A DNA stretch of 64,000 bases from Planctomycetota bacterium (lineage in GTDB: Bacteria; Planctomycetota; UBA1135; UBA2386). The notes below the pieces were generated by a model, which made no database searches, had not been told where the DNA came from, and was given only the letters and a program-made list of their open reading frames with translations. The position numbers and the translations under genes are program-made. The stretch lies in assembly GCA_965223545.1 (NCBI GenBank), contig OZ245006.1, positions 4,576,001 to 4,640,000 of the forward strand, written 5' to 3'. Below, one piece after another: positions 9,524 through 19,190 of the stretch (positions are counted from its first letter, which is position 1; each line of letters starts with the position of its first letter).

Positions 9524-10957
9524 ATGACCGAGCGCTGCCGATCTCTCGCCGCCTGTGCGTGTGCGGTTCTCGCCCTGCTGGTCGGTGCCGGCGCGTGCAC
9601 CGACGATGGGGTGCCCGCCGGCGAGCCGCCAACGGCGGGTCCGGCGCGCAGTGCCCCGGGGGAGCCGGTCCGCGACCGCGGTCGCGCCGGCTTCTGGTTC
9701 GATGCGGCGCGCGTCGCCGACGAGTCGCTCGAGGCGGCGCGGGACGGGCGCGTCGCCGACCTGGCCAACTTGCCCTACACCCGCGGCAGCAACAGCGCCC
9801 CCGATGACGATCGGGTGACCTACCTGGACCTCGAGGGCGCGCAGCCGGGGCTCACCCTCGTCGTGTCCGGCCACGAGCCGCACGCCGCGGTGATCGATCT
9901 CAAGGGCAACGTCTTGCACGAGTGGAGTTATCCGTTCGAGGAGGCGTGGCCGGACACCGACGACCTGGAGCGCTGGCGAGTCGAGAACAGCTTCTGGCGG
10001 CGCGTGCACGTCTTTCCCAACGGCGACCTGCTGGCGATCTACGAGGACACCGGCATCGTCAAGCTCGACCGCGACTCCAAGCTCTTGTGGCGGCGGGCCA
10101 ACCGCGCGCACCACGATCTGTGGGTCGCGCCCGACGGCCGCATCTACGTGCTGACGCGCACCCATCACCTCGAGCCGCTGCCGGCGCGGGTGCGCAAAGG
10201 CACCGGCGGTAGGCGAGCGCCATTCCTCGAGGATTTCGTCACCGTTCTGTCCCCGGACGGGGACGAGCTGTCGTCGGTCTCGGTCTTCGACTGCGTGCGG
10301 AACTCGCCGTATGGCTCGCTCGTGCATTTCGCGCCCGCCGAGGACGATATCTTCCACACCAACACGCTCGAGATCATGACGGGTGCGTTTGCCGACCGGC
10401 ACCCGCTCTACGCGGCCGGCAACGCACTGATCTCGATCTCGACGATCCAGACGATCGCCGTGCTGGATCTGGAGCGGCAGACCACGGTGTGGGCGATGAC
10501 CGGGCTGTGGGTGTTCCAGCACCAGCCGACGGTGGTGGAGGAGGGTCGAATCCTGGTGTTCGACAACGCGGGCCTCGGCGCGCGATCGCGCGTCATCGAG
10601 GTGGATCCGGTGACGCAGAGGATCCACTGGGTGTTCGGCGACGATCCCTCGGTCGGGTTCTGGTCGCACATCCTCGGCTCCAACCAGCGGCTCGCCAACG
10701 GCAACACCCTGATCACCGAGTCGGTTCGCGGACGTGCGTTCGAGGTGACCCCGGGCAAGGAGGTCGTCTGGGAGTACCTCAATCCACACCGCGCCGGCGC
10801 CCAGCGCGAGTGGATCGCGACCCTGTTCGAAGCGGTGCGACTCCCCGAGGGCTATTTCGCCGGCCAGTTTGCCGCGCTCGAGGCGCAGCTGCAGGACGCG
10901 GAGGCGGTGCCGCTCGAAGGTGTCGATGCGCTGCTGCGCGGGCGCGACGGCAAGTGA
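9524..10957 (+). CDS. Arylsulfotransferase (ASST)-like beta-propeller lipoprotein
   Basis: Lipobox-like GAGAC; AHHD, HTNTLE, QHQP, ILVFDN, QRLANGNTLITES, VVWEY motifs; start could be 9485. Confidence 0.85.
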   Translation: MTERCRSLAACACAVLALLVGAGACTDDGVPAGEPPTAGPARSAPGEPVRDRGRAGFWFDAARVADESLEAARDGRVADLANLPYTRGSNSAPDDDRVTYLDLEGAQPGLTLVVSGHEPHAAVIDLKGNVLHEWSYPFEEAWPDTDDLERWRVENSFWRRVHVFPNGDLLAIYEDTGIVKLDRDSKLLWRRANRAHHDLWVAPDGRIYVLTRTHHLEPLPARVRKGTGGRRAPFLEDFVTVLSPDGDELSSVSVFDCVRNSPYGSLVHFAPAEDDIFHTNTLEIMTGAFADRHPLYAAGNALISISTIQTIAVLDLERQTTVWAMTGLWVFQHQPTVVEEGRILVFDNAGLGARSRVIEVDPVTQRIHWVFGDDPSVGFWSHILGSNQRLANGNTLITESVRGRAFEVTPGKEVVWEYLNPHRAGAQREWIATLFEAVRLPEGYFAGQFAALEAQLQDAEAVPLEGVDALLRGRDGK

Positions 10958-10966
10958 CCGTCGCCT

Positions 10967-11608
10967 CTACCGTGGCGGTGGCGCGAACGCCTTGCGCGCG
11001 CGCTCGACGCGCCGTCGCGTACCGCAGCCGGGGACGTGGTCGTTGACCAGGCCCATCGCCTGCATGAACGCGTACGCCGTGGTCGGCCCGACGAAGGTCC
11101 AGCCGCGGCGCTTGAGGTCGGCGGCGAGCCGTCGGGCGTCATCGGTGGTCGCCACCACGCCGCGGTATCGCCGCGCCGGCTCGAAGCCCCAAAAGTAGCG
11201 CGCCAGGCTGCCGTGCTCGTCGATCAGCTCGAGTGCGCGGCGCGCGTTGTTGATCGTCGATTCGATCTTGCCGCGGTGGCGCACGATGCCGGCATCGCGC
11301 AGGAGCCGGTCGACGCTGCGCTGGTTGAAGCGGGAGACCGCGGCCGGATCGAAGCCGCGGAACGCTCGTCGGAACGCGTCGCGCTTGCGCAGGATGGTCA
11401 GCCAGCTCAGGCCGGACTGAAACCCCTCCAGGCAGATCTTCTCGAACAGGCGCCGGTCGTCGTCGACGGGGAAGCCCCACTCCTCGTCGTGATAGGTGAC
11501 GTAGTCCTCCGCGGTGCCGCACCACCAGCAACGGACCGCGCCGTCGGCCGCGGTGCGCAGCCGCTCGGCGGTGGCATCGGGGTCGGGTTGGGGCTCCGGG
11601 TCGTTCAC
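10967..11608 (-). CDS. tag: DNA-3-methyladenine glycosylase I
   Basis: RCWW, YHDEEWG, LEGFQSGLSWLTIL, FVGPTT.YAFMQAMGLVNDH; GTG start overlaps the upstream stop (GTGA). Confidence 0.95.
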   Translation of the reverse strand: MNDPEPQPDPDATAERLRTAADGAVRCWWCGTAEDYVTYHDEEWGFPVDDDRRLFEKICLEGFQSGLSWLTILRKRDAFRRAFRGFDPAAVSRFNQRSVDRLLRDAGIVRHRGKIESTINNARRALELIDEHGSLARYFWGFEPARRYRGVVATTDDARRLAADLKRRGWTFVGPTTAYAFMQAMGLVNDHVPGCGTRRRVERARKAFAPPPR

Positions 11609-12690
11609 CGGTCGCCGCGCTGCGAGTCGTCGGTGTCCTGCGCGTGGCGCCGCTTCGCCATGACGCCGCTCGCGATCTCCCACGCCTCGCGCAGGTCGCG
11701 GTCGACGAGATTGGGCCAGTCGGCATCCGGCGCCGCGCGCAGCTCCGCGGCCCAGGCGCGCTGTTGTGGCGACAGCACCGCGTCCACGTCGCCGCCGCGG
11801 CGCAGACGGGCGTTGACGCGCACGGCCTGCGCCTGCGTCAGCGGCAGCGCCCGCAACGGCGAGTGGAACAGCCCGTACTTGGGCTCACCGTCCGCGCGCA
11901 GGCCGCCGGGCGACGGTTTGGCGAGCGCGCCGACTGCGGCGGCAGCCGCGGTCTGTTGGGCGTCGGTCGTGGTGTAGATGTGCTGCGCGCATTCCTTGTT
12001 CACCGCCGTGCGCAGCAGGTCGGCGAACGACAGGCGGCGCGGATCGAACTGCACCTCGACGACTTCGTGTCCTTCGAGGAACGCCGCCCGGGTCGCCACC
12101 ACTCCGTCGAGGAGGCCGAACTCGGCCTCGCCGACCCAGAATCAACCCATGCCGAAGATCGCGGTCTCCACGCCGCGCGCGTGGCTGGCTTCTTCGCTGG
12201 CGAGCAGTCGCAGCCAGCCCGGCGCGCTGTCGCCGAGACCGGCCACCATTCCCGCGGCCAGCGCTGCGGTGGTCCAGGCATTGGCGATGCGCGGCACCAG
12301 GTCGGTGCGGTCGGCGGCGACGATGCGCACCACCGGGTTGTTCCAGGCGCGCTCCTCGAACGCGCGCCGCACCGCGTCATCGGCGTCGCCTTCGGTGTTG
12401 TTGTAGACGCAGACCGGAGTGAACAAGGTCTCGGCCGCCTCGACGATCAGGGGGTGGCTCAGCACGTGAGTCCCGTAGTCGACGCAGGTCTTTCAACCGG
12501 GGACCTCTTGGAACAGCACCAGCAGCGGGCGGTCGTGGGCCTTGGCGTCCGCCGTGGCGGCGTCGAAGTCGCGGAACCACGACACCGCGCCGAGCTCGGC
12601 CGGCTGGGCGGCTCGGTTGGTGCGCTCTTGGGCCGCGGCCGCGCCGATCAGCGCGGCGCCGATCGCGACGGTGGCAGTGGCAGTGTGCAT
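11605..12690 (-). CDS. Predicted exported selenoprotein with two Sec: thioredoxin-like UxxC domain (VPGUxxT-type family) plus MsrA-like domain, 361 aa
   Basis: ORFs 12493-12690, 12142-12465 and 11605-12102 share one frame, separated only by TGA at 12493-12495 (FQEVPG-TGA-KTC) and 12142-12144 (IFGMG-TGA-FWVGE); signal peptide; downstream hairpins. Confidence 0.88.
12106..12135 (-). promoter_or_regulatory. SECIS-like hairpin after the second UGA
   Basis: Minus strand GTCG-GC-GAGGCCG-AGTT-CGGCCTC-CT-CGAC begins 6 nt after the UGA; G at second loop position. Confidence 0.7.
12452..12474 (-). promoter_or_regulatory. Candidate SECIS-like hairpin after the first UGA
   Basis: Minus strand GGG-A-CTCA-CGTGC-TGAG-CCA-CCC begins about 18 nt after the UGA; weaker stem. 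Confidence 0.45.
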
Positions 12691-12757
12691 GGCCCGAGCA
12701 TAGCCGCCCCTTGTGTACAGGTGGCCACCTCCGCGGACTCATCGGTGAGCCGTCTGT

Positions 12758-13960
12758 TCAGAAGGCGAAGGCCAGCTGGACGACGGCGCCCCAGGTGTCG
12801 TTGCCGGCGGTCATGCCGGTGATGTCGATGTAGAGCAGCTCGAGCGGCGAGAAGCCGAGACCCGCCGTGTACAGATCATCGAGGCCGTCCTCGAAGTCGT
12901 GGCTGTAGCCGCCGCGCAGCTGGAGGAAGTCGCCGAAATCGAGCTCGGCGCCGATGCGGAACGACTGCGTGGTGTCGGCGAGCTCGAAGCGCTCGATGTC
13001 GACGACGTCGATGTCGGCGGCGATCGTCAGCAGATCGGTGGCGAACGCGACCCCCGCCGTCACGCGGGGATGCACGTGGTAGGTGAACGCGTTGCCGTTG
13101 GTGGTGACCGTGCGGTATTCCTCCTCGATCAGGTTCCGTCCGGCGATGCCGAGCGTGAGCTGGGGGATCGGGCTGAACGCGGCACCCAGATCGAGGTTGA
13201 AGCCGAGGTCGTCGTTGCGGAACTGGTCGTCGTCGAACTCTTCGTTCTCGAAGGTGTCGACGTTGACCGAGTAGTTGAACGTGTCCACCCGCTGCAGCTT
13301 GGGGGTGACTCCGATCGACAGGCTCGGTCCGCCGAAATCGACTTCGTGCGCGAACGCCAGGCCGACGTCGGTCAGCGCGGCGGCGAGCACGACGCCTTCG
13401 GATTGGATGTTGTCGAGGTCGCCGGGGTTGGTGGCGGTGGCGATGCGCACCAGATCGCCGGGGTCGACATTGACGAACGCCTGGCCGTCGATCTGGCTCG
13501 CCACGAACAGCGAGATGGACAGTGCTTCCGAGGGAAACGTCAGTGCGAAGCCGCCGCCCGCGCTCGAGTGCGCGGTCCGGCCGCCGAGCGACTGCAGCTG
13601 TGCCGCCAGGGACAGCAGCTCGGCCGGGGTCGCCGTGCCGCCGGCGTTGAGCCGGTCTTGCAGGTCCGTCAGCGACGCTTGAAAGTCGTCGATCGCGTCG
13701 ATCAGTCCATCGCGGTCGTCGACCAGCGCGCCCAGGGTCGGCAGGGCGATGCCGAACGCGGTTTCCCCATCGGCGCGGGTGATCAGCGCGGGGTTGGTCA
13801 TCGCCGCGGTGATCCAGCGGGTCGACGCGACGCCGGCGCCGCCCATGGCGCGGTTGCGCGCCTCGAACGGCTGGGCTGCTGCGGCGGCGCTGAGGAGCGT
13901 GGCCAGCAGCGCGGCGGCGGGTCCGGAGTGGGGGGGAACGGGGGAGAGTGGGGTTCGCAC
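12758..13960 (-). CDS. TraF_2-like outer-membrane beta-barrel protein
   Basis: AAGGAGG RBS; signal peptide; ARNRAMGGAGVAS...NPAL; GVTPKLQR; amphipathic strands; terminal Phe (QLAFAF). Confidence 0.8.
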   Translation of the reverse strand: MRTPLSPVPPHSGPAAALLATLLSAAAAAQPFEARNRAMGGAGVASTRWITAAMTNPALITRADGETAFGIALPTLGALVDDRDGLIDAIDDFQASLTDLQDRLNAGGTATPAELLSLAAQLQSLGGRTAHSSAGGGFALTFPSEALSISLFVASQIDGQAFVNVDPGDLVRIATATNPGDLDNIQSEGVVLAAALTDVGLAFAHEVDFGGPSLSIGVTPKLQRVDTFNYSVNVDTFENEEFDDDQFRNDDLGFNLDLGAAFSPIPQLTLGIAGRNLIEEEYRTVTTNGNAFTYHVHPRVTAGVAFATDLLTIAADIDVVDIERFELADTTQSFRIGAELDFGDFLQLRGGYSHDFEDGLDDLYTAGLGFSPLELLYIDITGMTAGNDTWGAVVQLAFAF

Positions 13961-14140
13961 GGCGACGGGCACCTCCTTTGTGTCCTGTTCCCTGTTTCGG
14001 CCGGAATCGCCCTTGGCATGAGGTGTTGGCTCGCTTCCGGGGCCGGAACCCCCCGCGCGGGGGGTGCTCGAGGGGCAGCCGGGCGCCCGATCCACGGTTG
14101 CGGCGGTCACCCGGGCATCGCTCTAGACTAGATCTCCTCG

Positions 14141-16594
14141 ATGCGCCCCGAACGCTACGCCCGGGTTCGCCGGCTGTTCCACGCCGCCCGCGAGCTGGAG
14201 CCCTCCGAACGAATGGTCTTCCTGGCGCAGGCGTGTGCAGATGCGCCCTCGGTGCAGGCGGAGGTCGAGGACTACCTGGGCGCGGAGAACGAGCGCTCGG
14301 GTCTGACCACGTGGACGCCGCAGCGGATGGCCGCAGCGGTCGACGCCGGCGCGGCGCCGGCCGATTCGGTGATCGGCGCCCTGCAGATGCGCACGGGCTG
14401 GACGCTGGAGGTGCGGCTGCGTCCGCCGGAGAAAGAGGCGCCGGCGCGGGCGGAGCTCGAGGCGCCGAGCCGTCGTTACGAACTGACCGGTGAGATCGCC
14501 GCCGGCGGGGTCGGGGTCGTCTACCGCGGCCGCGACCGCGATCTCGGTCGCGAGGTCGCGATCAAGGTGCTGCGGCCCAAGCTGCGCGACGATCCGTCGA
14601 TGGTGCAGCGCTTCGTCCAGGAGGCGCAGATCTGCGGCCAGCTGCAGCACCCGGGCATCGTCGCCGTGCACGAGCTCGGCCTGCGCGCCGACGGCGTGCC
14701 GTTCTTGGCGATGAAGCTGATCCAGGGCCAGACGTTGGCGGAGCGATTGCGCGAGCGCCGCGCCGGGTCCGGCGAGCTCGGTCGGTTGCTGCTGATCTTC
14801 GACCAGGTCTGCCAAGCGGTCGCCTACGCGCACGCGCGCGGAGTCGTGCACCGCGATCTCAAGCCATCCAACGTGATGCTGGGCGCGTTCGGTGAGGTGC
14901 AGGTCGTCGATTGGGGGCTCGCCAAGGTGCTGGGAGAGCGGTCGAGCGTCGGCGCTCCCGAGGTCACCACGGTCACCGACGCCGGCGGCGGGGTCTCGGT
15001 GGTCGGCGCCGCCCTCGGGACGCCGGCCTACATGGCTCCCGAGCAGGCGCGTGGCATGCAGGAGGACGTCGATGAGCGCGCCGACGTGTTCGCCTTGGGG
15101 GCGATGCTGTGCGAGATTCTCACCGGCGCGCCGCCACACGACGGCGAGGCCGGTGGCGTCAGCGTCGACCAGGCGGCGCGCGCGGACCTGCGACCGGCAT
15201 ACCGGCGGCTGCGGGAGTGCGCGGCCGAGCCGGCTCTGCAACGGCTGGCGATCCGCTGCTTGGCCGTCGAGCGCGACCGCCGGCCGCGCTCCGCCGAGCG
15301 CGTCGCCGCCGCCATGGCGCAGTATCTGGTCGCCGTCGAAACGCGGGCGCGCAAGGCCCGAGTGCGGGCGGCCGCGGCCAAGCAGAAGGCCGCGCAGGAG
15401 CGCATCGCCCGCGACCGCGAGGTGAAATCGATGGCGTCGGTCGCCGCCCGCGTGCGGGCGGTCGGCGAACGGCGCGCCGCGCGGTTGCGCACCGCGATCA
15501 TCACCCTCGTCGCGGTGATGATCGGCGCCGGAGTGCCGCTCGGGGTCGCCTGGCAGGCGCGCGAGCGCGCCCTGACCGGCGGCGCTCGGCTCGAGTTCGA
15601 GCTGGCGCTGCGCCAGGCGGAGCGGTTGGCCGATGCCGAGGCGAGCGAGGCGCGCTTGACCGAAGCACAGACGACTCTCGTGCGGGCGACCCGCCTGGCC
15701 GGGCTGCCGATCGGCATCGCCGAGGACCAGGTGGCGCATGCCGAGCAGCTACTCGCCGATGTGCGCGTTCGCCGCGCGGAGCTGGTCGCGGCCGCGGCCC
15801 GCCAGCGAGAGGTCACCGCGCTGCGGCGCGGCCTCGACCTGCTCTGGGTACCCGACACCGTGATCGCGGGCGCCGAGCAGTGGTCGGTGGAGCGCGCCCG
15901 CGAGTTGGACCTGGCCTACGTCGATCGGTTTCGGCGCCACGAGATCGCGGTCGACCACCGACGTGCTGCCGACGTCGTGGCGCGCTTGGGTGGCGTCGCC
16001 GACTCCGCCATGGCGGCGCACTTCGCGGCGTGGGCGCGCCTGCGCCGCCGCGCCCTCGAGGCCGACCGCGGGCCGCCGACCGGAGATCCCGTGCACCTGC
16101 TCGAGATCGCGTCCGCGCTCGAGGCCGACGCCGCGTGTCGCGACTTGATGCGGTTGTTGGTCGCCTCCGGCGGGCGCCCCGAGGCGTTGTCGGCTTGGCT
16201 GGAGCGACGCGGCGTCGACCGCTTGCCGCCGGCGTCGGCGTGGTTGGTGAGCGCGTGGTGCGATGAGCGCGGTGATCTCGCGCTGGCGACGGAGGTGGCG
16301 GCGGCGGCCTGCCGCCGCGCGCCGGGCGATCTCGCGTGTCTGTTGCGGCTCGGCCTGGCAGCCGAACGGAGCGGCGTCGCGGGCGCACCGCAGGCGCTGT
16401 CGGCGTGGAGTGCGGCGGCGGCGTTGGTGCCCGAAGATCCGGGCGTGCGCCTGCGGCTCGCCGCCAGTCTCGCAAGGGTGGGACAACAGGAGGCTGCCGT
16501 CCGCACCTTGGACGCGCTGCTGGAGTGGCGTCCGCGCGATGCCGCTGCGCTGCGGTTGCGGCGGTCGTGGTCGGAGCCGGAGGCCGAGAAATGA
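14141..16594 (+). CDS. Membrane Ser/Thr kinase with C-terminal TPR-like helices
   Basis: [42 protein letters not shown]; one TM segment. Confidence 0.93.
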   Translation: MRPERYARVRRLFHAARELEPSERMVFLAQACADAPSVQAEVEDYLGAENERSGLTTWTPQRMAAAVDAGAAPADSVIGALQMRTGWTLEVRLRPPEKEAPARAELEAPSRRYELTGEIAAGGVGVVYRGRDRDLGREVAIKVLRPKLRDDPSMVQRFVQEAQICGQLQHPGIVAVHELGLRADGVPFLAMKLIQGQTLAERLRERRAGSGELGRLLLIFDQVCQAVAYAHARGVVHRDLKPSNVMLGAFGEVQVVDWGLAKVLGERSSVGAPEVTTVTDAGGGVSVVGAALGTPAYMAPEQARGMQEDVDERADVFALGAMLCEILTGAPPHDGEAGGVSVDQAARADLRPAYRRLRECAAEPALQRLAIRCLAVERDRRPRSAERVAAAMAQYLVAVETRARKARVRAAAAKQKAAQERIARDREVKSMASVAARVRAVGERRAARLRTAIITLVAVMIGAGVPLGVAWQARERALTGGARLEFELALRQAERLADAEASEARLTEAQTTLVRATRLAGLPIGIAEDQVAHAEQLLADVRVRRAELVAAAARQREVTALRRGLDLLWVPDTVIAGAEQWSVERARELDLAYVDRFRRHEIAVDHRRAADVVARLGGVADSAMAAHFAAWARLRRRALEADRGPPTGDPVHLLEIASALEADAACRDLMRLLVASGGRPEALSAWLERRGVDRLPPASAWLVSAWCDERGDLALATEVAAAACRRAPGDLACLLRLGLAAERSGVAGAPQALSAWSAAAALVPEDPGVRLRLAASLARVGQQEAAVRTLDALLEWRPRDAAALRLRRSWSEPEAEK

Positions 16595-17151
16595 CCGAGG
16601 TCCCCACCAGCGACCCCATGGATCTGGCGGCGCGCCTGCGCGCGCGGCCCGACGCAGCGGACGAGTTGGTCCCCCAGCTGTACGAGCAGCTGCGTCGGGT
16701 GGCGGCGAGCCGGCTGCGGCGCGCCGATCACGCGGTCGGCCTGCACCCCACCGAGCTGGTGCACGAGGCGTACCTGCGCATGGCCGACCAGAGCGGGTTG
16801 GACGCGGCGGCGCGCTCGCGGTTCTTCGCGGTCTCGGCGCAGGTGATCCGCAACGTCTTGGTCGATGCCGCGCGGCGTCGCGGTGCCGCCAAGCGCGGCG
16901 GTGGCATCGCCGACGTGCCGCTGGGCGAGGACGAGCCGCACCCCGGCCGCGCGCCGATCGACGTGTTGGCCTTGGATGAGGCGCTGGCGCGCCTGGCGGC
17001 GTTGGACGCGCGGCAAGCGCAGGTGGTCGAGCTGCGCTTCTTCGGCGGGCTGACCTGCGAGGAGGTCGCCGAGGTGCTGGGCCTGTCGCGACGCACCGTG
17101 CAAGCGGATTGGAGCATGGCGCGCACCTGGCTGCGCCGCGCGCTGGAGTAG
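16591..17151 (+). CDS. ECF sigma factor, planctomycete kinase-associated type (TIGR02999-like)
   Basis: [53 protein letters not shown] overlap with the kinase. Confidence 0.92.
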   Translation: MTEVPTSDPMDLAARLRARPDAADELVPQLYEQLRRVAASRLRRADHAVGLHPTELVHEAYLRMADQSGLDAAARSRFFAVSAQVIRNVLVDAARRRGAAKRGGGIADVPLGEDEPHPGRAPIDVLALDEALARLAALDARQAQVVELRFFGGLTCEEVAEVLGLSRRTVQADWSMARTWLRRALE

Positions 17152-17164
17152 TCGTACGAGGTCA

Positions 17165-17523
17165 TTCGATGCACGTGAACACCGGTCCGACGCGCGCCAG
17201 CTTGATGCCACGATCTCGTAGATGACATCGAACTCGGGACAGTGGTAGCGGCCCAGCATGTCCGCGACTTCGATCGTCTGCGTCTCGTCTGCGCCGGCTG
17301 GTTTCGCTCGACGATGGTTGCCCCGAGGGTGTAGCCGGGATCAGCTCCCCGCCGCGCGTGATGGCAACCGAGAAACCGGGGAGTCGCGCTGGTTCCACGG
17401 TTCGCCGATTTGGTCGATCGCGGCGCGCTGGTCGTCGGACAGCCCTTGGGCGGCCAGGCCCGCGGCCGACGTCAACAGCGTGAAGGCGAACGCGACGTGG
17501 CTGGCGGGGGGCGAGGCAGGCAT
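17165..17523 (-). pseudogene. Remnant of a secreted serine hydrolase (beta-lactamase family), frameshifted and internally deleted
   Basis: Signal peptide and AIDQIGEPWNQRDSP, then PGFSVAITRGGELI in another frame, then GRYHCPEFDVIYEI; no SxxK core. Confidence 0.55.
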
Positions 17524-17675
17524 GGCCCCATCATGGGTTCGTGGCACCCGAAGGGCACGGTGTGTCACGGGCGCACACGAGGGGCGTCTTGTCACCCTGC
17601 CGTAACGCGGGGGCGCGGGCGGCGCCGGCGCGCGGAATGGGACCGCATGGAACACCGATTGCGACGCGGTAGCGC

Positions 17676-19109
17676 ATGAACCGAGCAGTCTCGAAGTGCA
17701 CGCTCCTCGCGATGGTCTGCGTCACCGCCACCTTCGCCACCGCTCAAGGCCCGTTTCGCAAGACGCGGTTCGCGACGATGCCTTTCACTGGCGGTGGCTA
17801 CGATCTGGCGGCAGGAGACGTTGACGGCGACGGTGACGCCGACCTCGTCATCGGTGGCGACCATAAGGACAACCTGCTGTTCCTCAACGACGGGCGTGGC
17901 CGCTTCGTTGACGCGACGCAGGGCCGGCTGACGACGCCGCCGCCGCCGCCGACCTCGATCTTCGGCAACGCCACCTACGCGGTCGATCTCACCGACATCG
18001 ATGGTGATGGCGATCTCGACCTGTTGCTGGTCAACGACCACAACTTGCCGGACCGCGTGCACGTGAACAACGGTACCGGAGTGTTCACCGACGTGTCCGC
18101 CACTGCGTTGCCGCCGAACGCGGATTGGAGCGTGGATCAGGTGGTCGCAGATTTCGACCGCGATGGCGATCCTGACTGGTTGGTCCGGCACGGTGCGGGG
18201 CTTCGCTACTACCAGAACAACGGTGCCGGCGTGTTCACCGACACAACCGCGGTGAGCATCCCCGCCGGCATTGGCGGTGGCTCCTGGGAGTTCACTGGCA
18301 GCATGGCTGCCGATCTCGATCAGGACGGCGACCTCGACGTTGTCTGCCCGAACTCCTCCGGGGAACCGCTCTTGCTCGTCAACCAAGGTGCCGGCACCTT
18401 TGCTCCGGCTCCCACCGGCACGCTGCCGCCGGGAATCCAAGGAGGGGGCTACGCGGCGGACGTGGACGGCGACGGTCGCGTCGACCTGGTCCTGAGGAAA
18501 GGCGGCTTGTTCTTCCGCAACTTGGGTGGTCTCACCTTTGCTGCGCCGGTGACTGTCGGGTTCTGGCCAACGTTCGCGGCGGTCGACTACGACGAGGACG
18601 GCGACGCCGACCTCCTGTCGCGCGGAGTTGTGTACCGCTACGACGGAGCGCTGGGCTTCACCAGCGTGGCGACGCCGGAAATGGTGCTCGCCGGACCCGC
18701 ATTGGCTCTGGCCGACGTGGACGGAGATCGCGACCTCGACGTGGTCCTGCGGGGCGTCGTGTTCCCATGCTTCCAACGCCAGCTCGACGCGAGTGCGGCT
18801 CCATCACGCGGGATGGCCTACAGTGTCGATGTCTATGCGCCGACCGACTCGCCCGCGATCCCGGTGCTGCCGTTCGTCGCTGCGGGCTCGACAGCGGTCG
18901 CGATCGCCGGCCTCGGCACGCTGCGGCTCGCTCCGGCGTCAGTGGTGGCGATGCCCGTGATCACTGCGCAAAGTGGCGTTGGCCGGGCCGCCTGGCCGAT
19001 CCCGGCGAACCCCGCGATCCTTGGTGCGGAGCTGGATGTGCAGGCCGTCGTCCTGGACCCTCGTCGACCGGCGGTGCTCGGCAACGCGTTGCAGGAGTTC
19101 GTTCAGTAG
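17676..19109 (+). CDS. Secreted FG-GAP/VCBS repeat protein with shared C-terminal domain
   Basis: Signal peptide; seven D-x-D-x-D-G-x-x-D repeats. Confidence 0.9.
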   Translation: MNRAVSKCTLLAMVCVTATFATAQGPFRKTRFATMPFTGGGYDLAAGDVDGDGDADLVIGGDHKDNLLFLNDGRGRFVDATQGRLTTPPPPPTSIFGNATYAVDLTDIDGDGDLDLLLVNDHNLPDRVHVNNGTGVFTDVSATALPPNADWSVDQVVADFDRDGDPDWLVRHGAGLRYYQNNGAGVFTDTTAVSIPAGIGGGSWEFTGSMAADLDQDGDLDVVCPNSSGEPLLLVNQGAGTFAPAPTGTLPPGIQGGGYAADVDGDGRVDLVLRKGGLFFRNLGGLTFAAPVTVGFWPTFAAVDYDEDGDADLLSRGVVYRYDGALGFTSVATPEMVLAGPALALADVDGDRDLDVVLRGVVFPCFQRQLDASAAPSRGMAYSVDVYAPTDSPAIPVLPFVAAGSTAVAIAGLGTLRLAPASVVAMPVITAQSGVGRAAWPIPANPAILGAELDVQAVVLDPRRPAVLGNALQEFVQ

Positions 19110-19190
19110 GCCGGAGCCTGGCGCGGAGCGACGCCCCCCGATAGGCTCGATAGACCGACGGCGGCGACCGCCGCGAATCGGGGGCTCCCA

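Noticed and set aside
11605..12690. Reading the split ORFs as a pseudogene or as UGA=Trp/Gly recoding
   Set aside because: Both stops fall on catalytic Cys positions with no frameshift, and TGA is a normal stop for many other genes in the window
13975..14120. Hairpins in intergenic regions (also ~998-1020 and 41545-41600) as riboswitches
   Set aside because: Simple C/G-run stems with no riboswitch consensus that I can recognise
17810..18745. Recurrent GACGGCGAC...GACCT DNA repeats as a possible CRISPR or DGR
   Set aside because: They are degenerate, in-frame FG-GAP protein repeats; there is no cas or reverse transcriptase gene
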